Assembly: GCA_951406725.2 (NCBI GenBank)
Contig: OX597840.1
Coordinates: 25,544,001 to 25,608,000, forward strand
Reading direction: 5' to 3'
DNA length: 64,000 bases
Origin: Octopus vulgaris
Lineage: Eukaryota
The notes beneath the pieces are model-generated. The model was not told where the DNA came from and did not search any database. It saw nothing but the letters and a program-made list of their open reading frames with translations. The translations under genes were made by a program, and so were the position numbers. Positions within the stretch are counted from its first letter, which is position 1. Each line of letters opens with the position of its first letter. Below are positions 37,813-50,029 of the stretch, piece after piece.

Positions 37813-38123
37813 CATATATGTATTATGTAAGCACGTATGTATATGCTTGTATATGTGGTGTGATGGTGAAGGAGTGTGACGGAATGGGAGGGGAGCGGAA
37901 GTGGGGCTTGCAGGTCTTGCAGGGCGCATGCGCGGGTGGAAGCGGAAGTGACAGATAGAACGCACGTGCGGCATTGACCAGTTGCGCCAGACACGACGAA
38001 GACACCGAGAAGACACGACAAGAGCGAACTGGCTAAAGGCGATCCGAGTTCATCTCCGGCCAGGTAAGACCCAATTACATTTCCATTCCTTTCCTTGTTC
38101 TGTTGTACTCTTTTCATACTACA

Positions 38124-38136
38124 AGCTATTTCGGCA
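38124..38136 (+). promoter_or_regulatory. Atypical primer-binding site AGCTATTTCGGCA (also 45104-45116 +, 32166-32178 -)
   Basis: Immediately follows the LTR CA in both families; 12/12 complement of metazoan tRNA-Phe nt 1-12. Confidence 0.75.
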
Positions 38137-38176
38137 AATAATCACTCGGTTTCGTAAAAAATAAAAATAGAAAATT

Positions 38177-38932
38177 ATGCAGAGTGCTATGGTTTCACGC
38201 GAGCCTATAACACCGTTTTGCGGCGACACCGATGTGGTCGCTTGGTTGAAGAGGGTAAAGTTGGTGGCGAAGCTCCACGGTATAGCTGACCTGGCTAGTT
38301 TTATGCCGTTGTATTTGGATGGCCCGGCCTTGGCGTTATATTTAGAGATGGAGGAGACGGACCAACTCAGCGCAGATAAAGTGGAGATCCGACTTATGGA
38401 GGCCTTCGCGGAAGGAATATTTGAAGCTTACGCTCGGCTGGGTAGAATGAGATGGACCGGACAACAGGTGGACGTGTTCGCCGGTGAGCTTAGAAGGTTG
38501 GCTAAACTGGCGGGATATGAGGGAGAGTCGCTAGAACGGACGGTTAGGTTAGCGTTCCTGACCGGCTTTCCCGACATCATGTCGGTCGAGCTACAGAAGC
38601 TCCCGAACGTGCGTTCGATGCCGATGGCCGATATCATGTCGCGGGCACGTGTACTGGTTTCGTGCAGCAGATTGACGTCGGTAGCAGCGACTGTAACGTC
38701 GAAAAGTGGCCCAGCTAGGAGCAACGGAGAGAGGCTGAGGAAAGAACGCGTGCGATCGTTCAAAGGACAGTGTTTCCGGTGCCAAGGCCCACACATGGTC
38801 CGCGACTGCGCGTCGCCCAAGCCTGAGGTGATTTGCTACCGGTGTCGAGAGCCAGGGCATGTAGCCAGCGAGTGTCTGCGGGGAAACGGACCGCGGGAGA
38901 CTACTGCGCCGGTACTTGTCCCTTTGGATTAG
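38177..38932 (+). CDS. gag: G2 Gag (copy B)
   Basis: Open 251 aa, two CCHC knuckles. Confidence 0.93.
   Translation: MQSAMVSREPITPFCGDTDVVAWLKRVKLVAKLHGIADLASFMPLYLDGPALALYLEMEETDQLSADKVEIRLMEAFAEGIFEAYARLGRMRWTGQQVDVFAGELRRLAKLAGYEGESLERTVRLAFLTGFPDIMSVELQKLPNVRSMPMADIMSRARVLVSCSRLTSVAATVTSKSGPARSNGERLRKERVRSFKGQCFRCQGPHMVRDCASPKPEVICYRCREPGHVASECLRGNGPRETTAPVLVPLD
38881..38923 (+). promoter_or_regulatory. -1 ribosomal frameshift signal G GGA AAC plus downstream hairpin
   Basis: In gag phase, pol open in -1 frame; also at 45861, 32832 and 31418-31424 (-). Confidence 0.85.
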
Positions 38933-41900
38933 TAGCGGCGCGTTTATCAACGTTTCCTGTGGTCGACATTCTGGTGAAGGGGAAGATGTCGCGAGCCCTG
39001 GTGTACACGGGCTGTACAACGACCCTGATGACCACAGAAGTGGCAGAGACGTGGAGTGGAGGAAGCAGTGTTAGGGCAGTTGACGGAAGAGAAGTTCACT
39101 GCGAAGGGGTTACGGATGCGCAGATTGTGGTGCAGGGACTACAGCTGACGTTGCGAGCGATTGTGGTTGGTCACTTGGTGGACGAGATCGACGTGGTGAT
39201 GGGGATGGATGCAATCACCCGTTTGGGAGGTGTCACCGACAACGAGGCTGGCGTAACGTTTGGGTTAGCGGGGAAGCCGTGTAGGGCGAGACCGTGCACC
39301 GACGACAACCGTGAGGAAAAGGATGCGAGCACACCATTGAAGACCATGATTTCGGGCTGTCTTTGATGGCGAGAGGTGGACAGTGGAGTGGCACTGGAAG
39401 GGAGAGCCCCCGATGTTAAAGAATAAAGTGGGCTGCTATCAGCATACTCTAAAAGGAGATGCCAGAATGAGTTCGAGGGGGAAGTGGGGCGGTGGATTAA
39501 GGAGGGCATACAGATCCCCTGGGAAAAAGAAGAGAGCGGAGTCCTGCCACTGATGGCGGTGATACAGCCCACAAAGCGTAAGGTCAGGCCAGTGCTCGAC
39601 TTCCGAGAGCTGAATGACCACGTGTCGTGTCATACAGGCGGCGAGGCCACGGATGTCTGCGGAGACACCTTGCGAGAGTGGAGGCAGACGGCGGGGGCCT
39701 CCACGATTGTCGATTTAAAGTCGGCATACCTTCAGGTGCATGTGGCTGAGAAACTATGGAAGTACCAGCTCGTCAGGTATAGGGGCCGGACGTACTGTCT
39801 GACCAGGTTGGGATTCGGGCTGAATTCAGCGCCGAAGATTATGGCAACAATTCTCAAGGACATCCTGGGGAAGGTGGACAGAGTAAAAAGGGCCACCAAT
39901 TCATACATTGACGAAATTCTGGTGGATGAAACCGTGATACCAGCAACGGAGGTCATAGGCCACCTGAAGAGTTTTGGACTGATCGCCAAGCCTCCAGAGG
40001 CTATGGAGGGAGGTGCTGCACTGGGCCTCAAGCTATGGAGAGACAAGGCCGGCGCCTTGGTGTTCCGGCGAGGGAATGAGGTCCCTGAACTGGGCGCCAG
40101 CATGAGTAGACGGGAACTGTTCTCTGTGTGTGGGAAGCTGGTGGGACACTACCCGATTGCAGGCTGGCTCCGGACAGCATGTAGCTTCATCAAGAGACGA
40201 GCCGAAGGAGTGAAGTGTTATGATAAAGTGGGGGAGAGGACAATCGACATGATGCAGGAAGTCTTGGTCAGAGTAGAAGCAGAGGACCCGGTGAGGGGCA
40301 GCTGGTATGTTCCCAAATCAAAGAGCGGGATCGTATGGTGTGACGCCAGTAGCATCGCAATAGGGGTTGTCTTGGAAGTGGGAGGTGTCACGGTGGAAGA
40401 TGCGGCCTGGCTCAGGAAGATGGATGACTGCAATCACATCAACGTGGCGGAGTTGGAAGCCGTGCTGAAGGAGGGGGTGAACCTAGCCTTGAAGTGGGGG
40501 TTGCACACCATACAAATCAGGACTGATTCAGCCACTGTACTTGGTTGGGCGAAAGCAGTCATCACCGATGAGAGGAGGGTGCGGACCAAAGGGGCTGCAG
40601 AGATGCTGGTAAAGCGTCGATTAGGAATACTGCGTGAACTAACCCCTGAGTTCAATCTGGAGCTGAGCGTGATCTTTGTGCCTTCCGAGAAGAACAGGGC
40701 AAACGTCCTGACCAGTGTAAAGCGAGCCTGGTTGCAGGTGCCAGAGGATGCGAAGCAGGCTGTAGCTGCAGTATGCCGTCTGAGCGACTCGGAGTTACGG
40801 AGACTACACACCATACATCACATGGGTGTGGACAGGACATTGTTCCTAGCCAGAAAAGTTGACTCCGACGTAACAAGACAGAGCGTGCAGAGAGTGGTTA
40901 GCAGTTGTGACAGGTGCCAGTCCATCGACCCTGCTCCGGTCGTGCATGAAGCGGGAAGTATTCCAGTGGACCAGGACTGGAGACGACTGGCGGTGGACAT
41001 AACACACTACCGGCAGGGGACATACCTCTCAATGGTTGACTGCGGACCGGGGAGGTTCGCCATATGGAGGGACACGGTGGACACGGGCTGTACAACGACC
41101 CTGATGACAACGGAAGTGGCATCCACCAGAATGTCGTCGATGTATGAATTGGTGGGCCTTTTTACTCTGTCCACCTTCCTCAGGATGGCCTTGAGTATGG
41201 TTGCCATAATCTTCGGCGCTGAATTCAGCCCGAATCCCAACCTGATCAGACAGTACGTCCGGCCCCTATACCTGACGAGCTGGTACTTCCATAATTTCTC
41301 AGCCACATGCACCTGTAGGTATGCCAACTTCAAATCGACAATCGTGGAGGCCCCCGTCGTCTGCCTCCACTCTCGCAAGGTGTCTCCGCAGACATCCGTG
41401 GCCTCGCCGCCTGTATGACACGAAACGTGGTCATTCAGCTCTCGGAAGTCAAGCACTGGCCTGACATTATGCTTTGTGGGCTGTATCACCGCCATCAGTG
41501 GCAGGACTCCGCTCTCTTCTTTTTCCCAAGGGATCAGTATGCCCTCCTTAATCCACCGCTCCACTTCCCCTCGAACTCACTTCTGGCATCTCCTTTTAGA
41601 GTATGCTGATAGCAGCCCACTTTATTCTTTAACATCGGGGCTCTCCCTTCCAGTGCCACTCCACTGTCCACCTCTTGCCATCAAAGACAGCCCGAAAATC
41701 CTGGTCTTCAATGGTGTGCGCCGCATCCTTTTCCTCACGGTTGTCGTCGGTGCGTGGTCTCGCCCTACACGGTTTCCCCGCTAACCCAAACGTTACGCCA
41801 GCCTCGTTAACGGTGACACCTCCCAAGCGGGTGATTGCATCCATCCCCATCACCACATCAATCTCGTCCACCAAGTGACCAACCACAATTGCTCGCAACG

Positions 41901-44793
41901 TCAGCTGTAGTCCCTGCACCACAATCTGCGCATCCGTAACCCCTTCACAGTGCACTCTTCCGTCGACTGCCCTAACACTGCTTCCTCCACTCCACGTGGA
42001 GTGGAGGAAGCAGTGTTAGGGCAGTCGACGGAAGAGAAGTGCACTGCGAAGTGCACGTGGAGTGGAGGAAGCAGTGTTAGGGCAGTCGACGGAAGAGAAG
42101 TGCACTGCGAAGGGGTTACGGATGCGCAGATTGTGGTGCAGGGACTACAGCAGACGTTGCGAGCAATTGTGGTTGGTCACTTGGTGGACGAGATTGATGT
42201 GGTGATGGGGATGGATGCAATCACCCGTGTGGGAGGTGTCACCGTCAACGAGGCTGGCGTAACGTTTGGGTTAGCGGGGAAACCGTGTAAGGCGAGACCG
42301 TGCACCGACGACAACCGTGAGGAAAAGGATGCGGCGCACACCATTGAAGACCAGGATTTTCGGGCTGTCTTTGATGGCAAGAGGTGGACAGTGGAGTGGC
42401 ACTGGAAGGGAGAGCCCACGATGTTAAAGAATAAAGTGGGCTGCTAGCAGCATACTCTAAATGGAGATGCCAGAAGTGAGTTCGAGGGGGAAGTGGAGCG
42501 GTGGATTAAGGAGGGCATACTGATCCCCTGGGAAAAAGAAGAGAGCGGAGTCCTGCCACTGATGGCGGTGATACAGCCCACAAAGCATAACGTCAGGCCA
42601 GTGCTTGACTTCCGAGAACTGAATGACCACGTGTCGTGTCATACAGGCGGCGAGGCCACGCATGTCTGCGGAGACACCTTGCGAGAGTGGAGGCAGACGA
42701 CGGGGGCCTCCACGATTGTCGATTTGAAGTCGGCATACCTACAGGTGCATGTGGCTGAGAAATTATGGAAGTACCAGCTCGTCAGGTATAGGGGCCGGAC
42801 GTACTGTCTGACCAGGTTGGGATTCGGGCTGAATTCAGCGCCGAAGATTATGGCAACAATTCTCAAGGACATCCTGGGGAAGGTGGACAGAGTAAAAAGG
42901 GCCACCAATTCATACATCGACGACATTCTGGTGGATGAAACCGTGATACCAGCAACGGAGGTCATAGGCCACCTGAAGAGTTTTGGACTGATTGCCAAGC
43001 CTCCAGAGGCTATGGAGGGAGGTGCTGCACTGGGCCTCAAGCTATGGAGAGACAAGGCCGGCGCCTTGGTGTTCCGGCGAGAGAATGAGGTCCCTGAACT
43101 GGGCGCCAGCATGAGTAGACGGGAACTGTTCTCTGTGTGTGGGAAGCTGGTGGGACACTACCCGATTGCAGGCTGGCTCCGGACAGCATGTAGCTTCATC
43201 AAGAGACGAGCCGAAGGAGTGAAGTGTTATGATAAAGTGGGGGAGAGGACAATCGACATGATGCAGGAAGTCTTGGTCAGAGTAGGAGCAGAGGACCCAG
43301 TGAGGGGCAGCTGGTATGTTCCCAAATCAAAGAGCGGGATCGTATGGTGTGACGCCAGTAGCATCGCAATAGGGGTTGTCTTGGAAGTGGGAGGTGTCAC
43401 GGTGGAAGATGCGGCCTGGCTCAGGAAGATGGATGACTGCAATCACATCAACGTGGCGGAGTTGGAAGCCGTGCTGAAGGAGGGGGTGAACCTAGCCTTG
43501 AAGTGGGGGTTGCACACCATAGAAATCAGGACTGATACGGCCACTGTACTTGGTTGGGCGACAGCAGTCATCACCGATGAGAGGAGGGTGCGGACCAAAG
43601 GGGCTGCAGAGATGCTGGTAAAGCGTCGATTAGGAATACTGCGTGAACTAACCCCTGAGTTCAATCTGGAGCTGAGCGTGATCTTTGTGCCTTCCGAGAA
43701 GAACAGGGCAAACGTCCTGACCAGTGTAAAGCGAGCCTGGTTCAGGTGCCAGAGGATGCGAAGCAGGCTGTAGCTGCAGTATGCCGTCTGAGCGACTCGG
43801 AGTTACGGAGACTACACACCATACATCACATGGGTGTGGACAGGACATTGTTCCTAGCCAGAAAAGTTGACTCCGACGTAACAAGACAGAGCGTGCAGAG
43901 AGTGGTTAGCAGTTGTGACAGGTGCCAGTCCATCGACCCTGCTCCGGTCGTGCATGAAGCGGGAAGTATTCCAGTGGACCAGGACTGGAGACGACTGGCG
44001 GTGGACATAACACACTACCGGCAGGGGACATACCTCTCAATGGTTGACTGCGACCCGGGGCGGATGAAGGGAGATGAAGTCGGGGACCGCAGAAGAAATT
44101 GTGAAAGTGTTGAATGAGATATTCCTGGAACGAGGCCCCGTGGATGAACTGCTTCTGGACAACGGCACTGCATTTCGCTCGGATGTGCTGAGAGAAATGC
44201 TTGATGAGTGGAAGGTCAACCGCTTCTTCAGGGCGGCATACCGGCCAAGTGGAAACGGGGTGGTGGAAAGGCATCATCGTACCATCAAGGCCGTGGCAGA
44301 GAGGGGTCACATTTCACCAGTCGAGGCCGTGTTTTGGTACAATATGTCGCCCAGATCAGGACAGGCTGAGGAGTCGGTGCCACACAGGGCAATATTCAGG
44401 TACGAGTGAAGGCATCCGTGTACTACATCAATGCGACCCGGGGCAGAGGAAGAGCACGCCATCGTGCAGGTCGGGGAGGAAGTCTGGGTAAAACCCCCAA
44501 ACGCACGGTGTACATAGCAATGGGGAAAGGGGACAATAACCTCCGTAAATTCAAAGAATAACATCTCGGTCGATGGTATGCCACGCCACGTTTTGGACAT
44601 ACGGAGGATTGTCCATACCCCTGAGGATGGGGCTAGCAGCAGTGGGCAAGACGAAAACAACAGACAGGATGACGAGGTCGGCAGCAACACGCCAGAAACA
44701 AGTCCTAGGGTCGCACTGCCACCACAGAGGGAGCGGCACCCTCCTCCCTGGTTGGCTGATTATGAAACCAGTTTCAGGTGCGGGAGTGAGTGA
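38881..44793 (+). pseudogene. pol: G2 copy B pol, rearranged (switch at ~41072, inverted duplication 41120-42937)
   Basis: ORFs 39484-41418, 42493-43773, 44074-44409; protease DTG>YTG; first RT copy YIDE. Confidence 0.9.
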
Positions 44794-45156
44794 GGAAGCT
44801 GGTTCAGTGATCTATAGATCAGTCGGGGGGGCGTGTGGTGTGATGGTGAAGGATTGTGACGGAATGGGAGGGGAGCGGAAGTGGGGCTTGCAGGTCTTGC
44901 AGGGCGCATGCGCTGGCGGAAGCGGAAGTGACAGACAGAACGCACGTGCGGCATTGACCAGTTGCGCCAGACACGACGAAGACACCGAGAAGACACGACG
45001 CGAGCGAACTGGCTAAAGGCGATCCGAGTTCATCTCCGGCCAGGTAAGACCCAATTACATTTCCATTCCTTTCCTTGTTCTGTTGTACTCTTTTCATACT
45101 ACAAGCTATTTCGGCAAATAATCACTCGGTTTCGTAAAAAATAAAAATAGAAAATT

Positions 45157-45912
45157 ATGCAGAGTGCTATGGTTTCACGCGAGCCTATAACACCGTTTTG
45201 CGGCGACACCGATGTGGTCGCTTGGTTGAAGAGGGTAAAGTTGGTGGCGAAGCTCCACGGTATAGCTGACCTGGCTAGTTTTATGCCGTTGTATTTGGAT
45301 GGCCCGGCCTTGGCGTTATATTTAGAGATGGAGGAGACGGACCAACTCAGCGCAGATAAAGTGGAGATCCGACTTATGGAGGCCTTCGCGGAAGGAATGT
45401 TTGAAGCTTACGCTCGGCTGGGTAGAATGAGATGGACCGGACAACAGGTGGACGTGTTCGCCGGTGAGCTTAGAAGGTTGGCTAAACTGGCGGGATATGA
45501 GGGAGAGTCGCTAGAACGGACGGTTAGGTTAGCGTTCCTGACCGGCTTTCCCGACATCATGTCGGTTGAGCTACAGAAGCTCCCGAACGTGCGTTCGATG
45601 CCGATGGCCGATATCATATCGCGGGCACGTGTACTGGTTTCGTGCAGCTGGTTGACGTCGGTAACAGCGACTGTAACGTCGAAAAGTGGCCCAGCTAGGA
45701 GCAACGGAGAGAGGCTGAGGAAAGAACGCGTGCGATCGTTCAAAGGACAGTGTTTCCGGTGCCAAGGCCCACACATGGTCCGTGACTGCGCGTCGCCCAA
45801 GCCTGAGGTGATTTGCTACCGGTGTCGAGAGCCAGGGCATGTAGCCAGCGAGTGTCTGCGGGGAAACGGACCGCGGGAGACTACTGCACCGGTAGTTGTC
45901 CCTTTGGATTAG
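45157..45912 (+). CDS. gag: G2 Gag (copy C)
   Basis: Near-identical to 38177-38932. Confidence 0.93.
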   Translation: MQSAMVSREPITPFCGDTDVVAWLKRVKLVAKLHGIADLASFMPLYLDGPALALYLEMEETDQLSADKVEIRLMEAFAEGMFEAYARLGRMRWTGQQVDVFAGELRRLAKLAGYEGESLERTVRLAFLTGFPDIMSVELQKLPNVRSMPMADIISRARVLVSCSWLTSVTATVTSKSGPARSNGERLRKERVRSFKGQCFRCQGPHMVRDCASPKPEVICYRCREPGHVASECLRGNGPRETTAPVVVPLD

Positions 45913-48744
45913 TAGCGGCGCGTTTATCAACGTTTCCTGTGGTCGACATTCTGGTGAAGGGGAAGATGTCGCGAGCCCTGGTGTACACGGGCTGTACAAC
46001 GACCCTGATGACCACAGAAGTGGCAGAGACGTGGAGTGGAGGAAGCAGTGTTAGGGCAGTTGACGGAAGAGAAGTTCACTGCGAAGGGGTTACGGATGCG
46101 CAGATTGTGGTGCAGGGACTACAGCTGACGTTGCGAGCGATTGTGGTTGGTCACTTGGTGGACGAGATCGACGTGGTGATGGGGATGGATGCAATCACCC
46201 GTTTGGGAGGTGTCACCGTCAACGAGACTGGCGTAACGTTTGGGTTAGCGGGGAAGCCGTGTAGGGCGAGACCACGCACCGACGACAACCGTGAGGAAAA
46301 GGATGCGGCGCACACCATTGAAGACCAGGATTTTCGGGCTGTCTTTGATGGCGAGAGGTGGACAGTGGAGTGGCACTGGAAGGGAGAGCCCCCGATGTTA
46401 AAGAATAAAGTGGGCTGCTATCAGCATACTCTAAAAGGAGATGCCAGAATGAGTTCGAGGGGGAAGTGGACCGGTGGATTAAGAGGGCATACTGATCCCC
46501 TGGGAAAAAGAAGAGAGCGGAGTCCTGCCACTGATGGCGGTGATACAGCCCACAAAGCGTAAGGTCAGGCCAGTGCTCGACTTCCGAGAGCTGAATGACC
46601 ACGTGCCGTGTCATACAGGCGGCGAGGCCACGCATGTCTGCGGAGACACCTTGCGAGAGTGGAGGCAGATGACGGGGGCCTCCACGATTGTCGATTTAAA
46701 GTCGGCATACCTTCAGGTGCATGTGGCTGAGAAACTATGGAAGTACCAGCTCGTCAGGTATAGGGGCCGGACGTACTGTCTGACCAGGTTGGGATTCGGG
46801 CTGAATTCAGCGCCGAAGATTATGGCAACAATTCTCAAGGCCATCCTGGGGAAGGTGGACAGAGTAAAAAGGGCCACCAATTCATACATCGACGACATTC
46901 TGGTGGATGAAACCGTGATACCAGCAACGGAGGTCATAGGCCACCTGAAGAGTTTTGGACTGATCGCCAAGCCGCCAGAGGCTATGGAGGGAGGTGCTGC
47001 ACTGGGCCTCAAGCTATGGAGAGACAAGGCCGGCGCCTTGGTGTTCCGGCGAGGGAATGAGGTCCCTAAACTGGGCGCCAGCATGAGTAGACGGGAACTG
47101 TTCTCTGTGTGTGGGAAGCTGGTGGGACACTACCCGATTGCAGGCTGGCTCCGGACAGCATGTAGCTTCATCAAGAGACGAGCCGAAGGAGTGAAGTGGA
47201 ATGATAAAGTGGGGGAGAGGACAATCGACATGATGCAGGAAGTCTTGGTCAGAGTAGGAGCAGAGGGCCCGGTGAGGGGCAGCTGGTATGTTCCCAAATC
47301 AAAGAGCGGGATCGTATGGTGTGACGCCTGTAGCATCGTAATAGGGGTTGTCTTGGAAGTGGGAGGTGTCACGGTGGAAGATGCGGCCTGGCTCAGGAAG
47401 ATGGATGACTGCAATCATATCAACATGGCGGAGTTGGATGCCGTGCTGAAGGGGGTGAACCTTGCCTTGAAGTGGGGGTTGCACACCATAGAAATCAGGA
47501 CTGATTCGGCCACCGTACTTTGTTGGGCGACAGCTGTCATCACCGATGAGCGGAGGGTGGTAAAGCGTCGATTATGAATACTGCGTGAACTAACCACTGA
47601 GTTCAATCTGAAGCTGAGCGTGATCTTTGTGCCTTCCGAGAAGAACAGGGCAAACGTCCTGACCAGGGTAAAGCGAGCCTGGTTGCTGGTGCCAGAGGAT
47701 GCGAAGCAGGCTGTAGCTGCAGTATGCCGTCTGAGCGACTCGGAGTTACGGAGACTACACACCATGCATCACATGGGTGTGGACAGGACATTGTTCCTAG
47801 CCAGAAAAGTTGACTCCGACGTAACAAGACAGTGCGTGCAGAGAGTGGTTAGCAGTTGTGACAGGTGCCAGTCTATCGACCCTGCTCCGGTCGTGCATGA
47901 AGCGGGAAGTATTCCAGTGGACCAGGACTGGAGACGACTGGCGGTGGACATAACACACTACCGGCAGGGGACATACCTCTCAATGGTTGACTGCGGACCG
48001 GGGCGGTTCGCCATATGGAGGGAGATGAAGTCGGGAACCGCAGAAGAAATTGTGAAAGTGTTGAATGAGATATTCCTGGAACGAGGCCCCGTGGATGAAC
48101 TGCTTCTGGACAATGGCACTGCGTTTCGCTCGGATGTGCTGAGAGAAATGCTTGATGAGTGGAAGGTCAACCGCTTCTTCAGGGCGGCATACCGGCCAAG
48201 TGGAAACGGGGTGGTGGAAAGGCATCATCGTACCATCAAGGCCATGGCAGAGAGGGGTCACATTTCACCAGTCGAGGCCGTGTTTTGGTACAATATGTCG
48301 CCCAGATCAGGACAGGCTGAGGAGTCGGTGCCACACAGGGCAATATTCAGGTACGAGTGGAGGCATCCGTGTACTACATCAATGCGACCCGGGGCAGAGG
48401 AAGAGCACGCCTTCGTGCAGGTCGGGGAGGAAGTCTGGGTAAAACCCCCAAACGCACGGTGTACATAGCAATGGGGAAAGGGGACAATAACCTCCGTAAA
48501 TTCAAAGAATAACATCTCGGTCGATGGTATGCCACGCCACGTTTTGGACATACGGAGGATTGTCCATACCCCTGAGGATGGGGCTAGCAGCAGTGGGCAA
48601 GACGAAAACAACAGACAGGATGACGAGATCGGCAGCAAAACACCAGGAACAAGTCCTAGGGTCGCACTGCGACCACAGAGGGAGCGGCACCCTCCTCCCT
48701 GGTTGGCTGATTATGAAACCAGTTTCAGGTGCGGGAGTGAGTGA
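45861..48744 (+). pseudogene. pol: G2 copy C pol, colinear but with frameshifts and stops
   Basis: ORFs 45813-46562, 46534-47577, 47620-48468, 48529-48744. Confidence 0.92.
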
Positions 48745-49062
48745 GGAAGCCGGTTCAGTGATCTATAGATCAGTCGGGGGGGCGTGTGGTGTGATGGTGA
48801 AGGATTGTGACGGAATGGGAGGGGAGCGGAAGTGGGGCTTGCAGGTCTTGCAGGGCGCATGCGCTGGCGGAAGCGGAAGTGAAAGACAGAACGCACGTGC
48901 GGCATTGACCAGTTGCGCCAGACACGATGAAGACACCGAGAAGACACAACGTGAGCGAGTTGGCTAAAGGCGATCCGAGTTCATCTCCGGCCAGGTAAGA
49001 CCCAATTACATTTCCATTCCTTTCCTTGTTCTGTTGTACTCTTTTCACCATTCATACTACAG

Positions 49063-49099
<37 letters not shown>

Positions 49100-49185
49100 G
49101 TATGTATGTATGTATGTGCGTGTGTGTGTATGTATGTATGTACGCATGAATGTATTTGAGCATGTATGTATTTGCATGTGTGTAT

Positions 49186-49500
49186 GTACGAAGGGTTACT
49201 CAAAAGAAACTGGAATTTTGCAATACTATTTTATTCGCTTAGTTTCATGTTTACACTTTTATCGTCTTGAAAGTATTCTCCATTTAAAGAAATGCATTGG
49301 TCCAGGCGCACTTTACACTTTTCGAAACAGTGCTGGAATTCTTGCGAAGCAATGCTTTTTAACGCCTCCGTTGCTTTTTTTTTTTTTATACTTCGTCCAC
49401 GTCTGCAAAACTTTTACCGTTAAGGACGTTTTTTATTTGGATGAACAAAAAGAAGTCTCAGGGACGAAGATCGAGTGAATGAATAGAGAGGGTGTGTACG
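49186..49500 (-). mobile_element. Mariner transposon 3' fragment
   Basis: TACGAAGGGTTACTCAAAAG end; minus strand reads QEFQHCFEKCKVRLDQCISLNGEYFQDD, like mariner transposase C-termini. Confidence 0.7.
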
Positions 49501-49568
49501 CGCGGTCATGCCATTATTGATCAAAAACTAGAATAAATCAATCAATCAATCAATCATATACATACATA

Positions 49569-49629
<61 letters not shown>

Positions 49630-49783
49630 ATACTTATATATATATATATACATATATATACATATATATATATACATATATATACATATATATATATACA
49701 TATATATACATATATATATACTTATATATACATATATATATATACATACATATATATACATTCTTATATATATATCACATATA

Positions 49784-49962
49784 TGCACCTAGCCAACCGT
49801 AACAATACATACACACACACACATATATATACATACACACACACACACATATATATACATACACACACACACATATATATATACATACACACACACACAC
49901 ATATATATATACACACACACACACATACATATATACATACACACACATATATATACATACAC

Positions 49963-50029
<67 letters not shown>

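Larger units (their letters stand above)
37854..49061 (+). mobile_element. G2 tandem array LTR-internal-LTR-internal-LTR (LTRs 37854-38123, 44834-45103, 48785-49061)
   Basis: Three TG...CA LTRs; single 5-bp TSD GTATA around the whole array. Confidence 0.95.

Noticed and set aside
37854-38136. Tf1-style self-priming as explanation for the PBS
   Set aside because: I found no GCCGAAATAGCT in either family's LTR
38124-38140. Canonical tRNA-Phe 3'-end PBS
   Set aside because: Would read TGGTGCCGAAA; the observed site has the opposite polarity and extends over nt 8-12
28667-48967. Many short antisense and alternate-frame ORFs over gag/pol, including a possible env
   Set aside because: Shadows of GC-rich coding sequence; pol runs almost to the PPT, leaving no room for env
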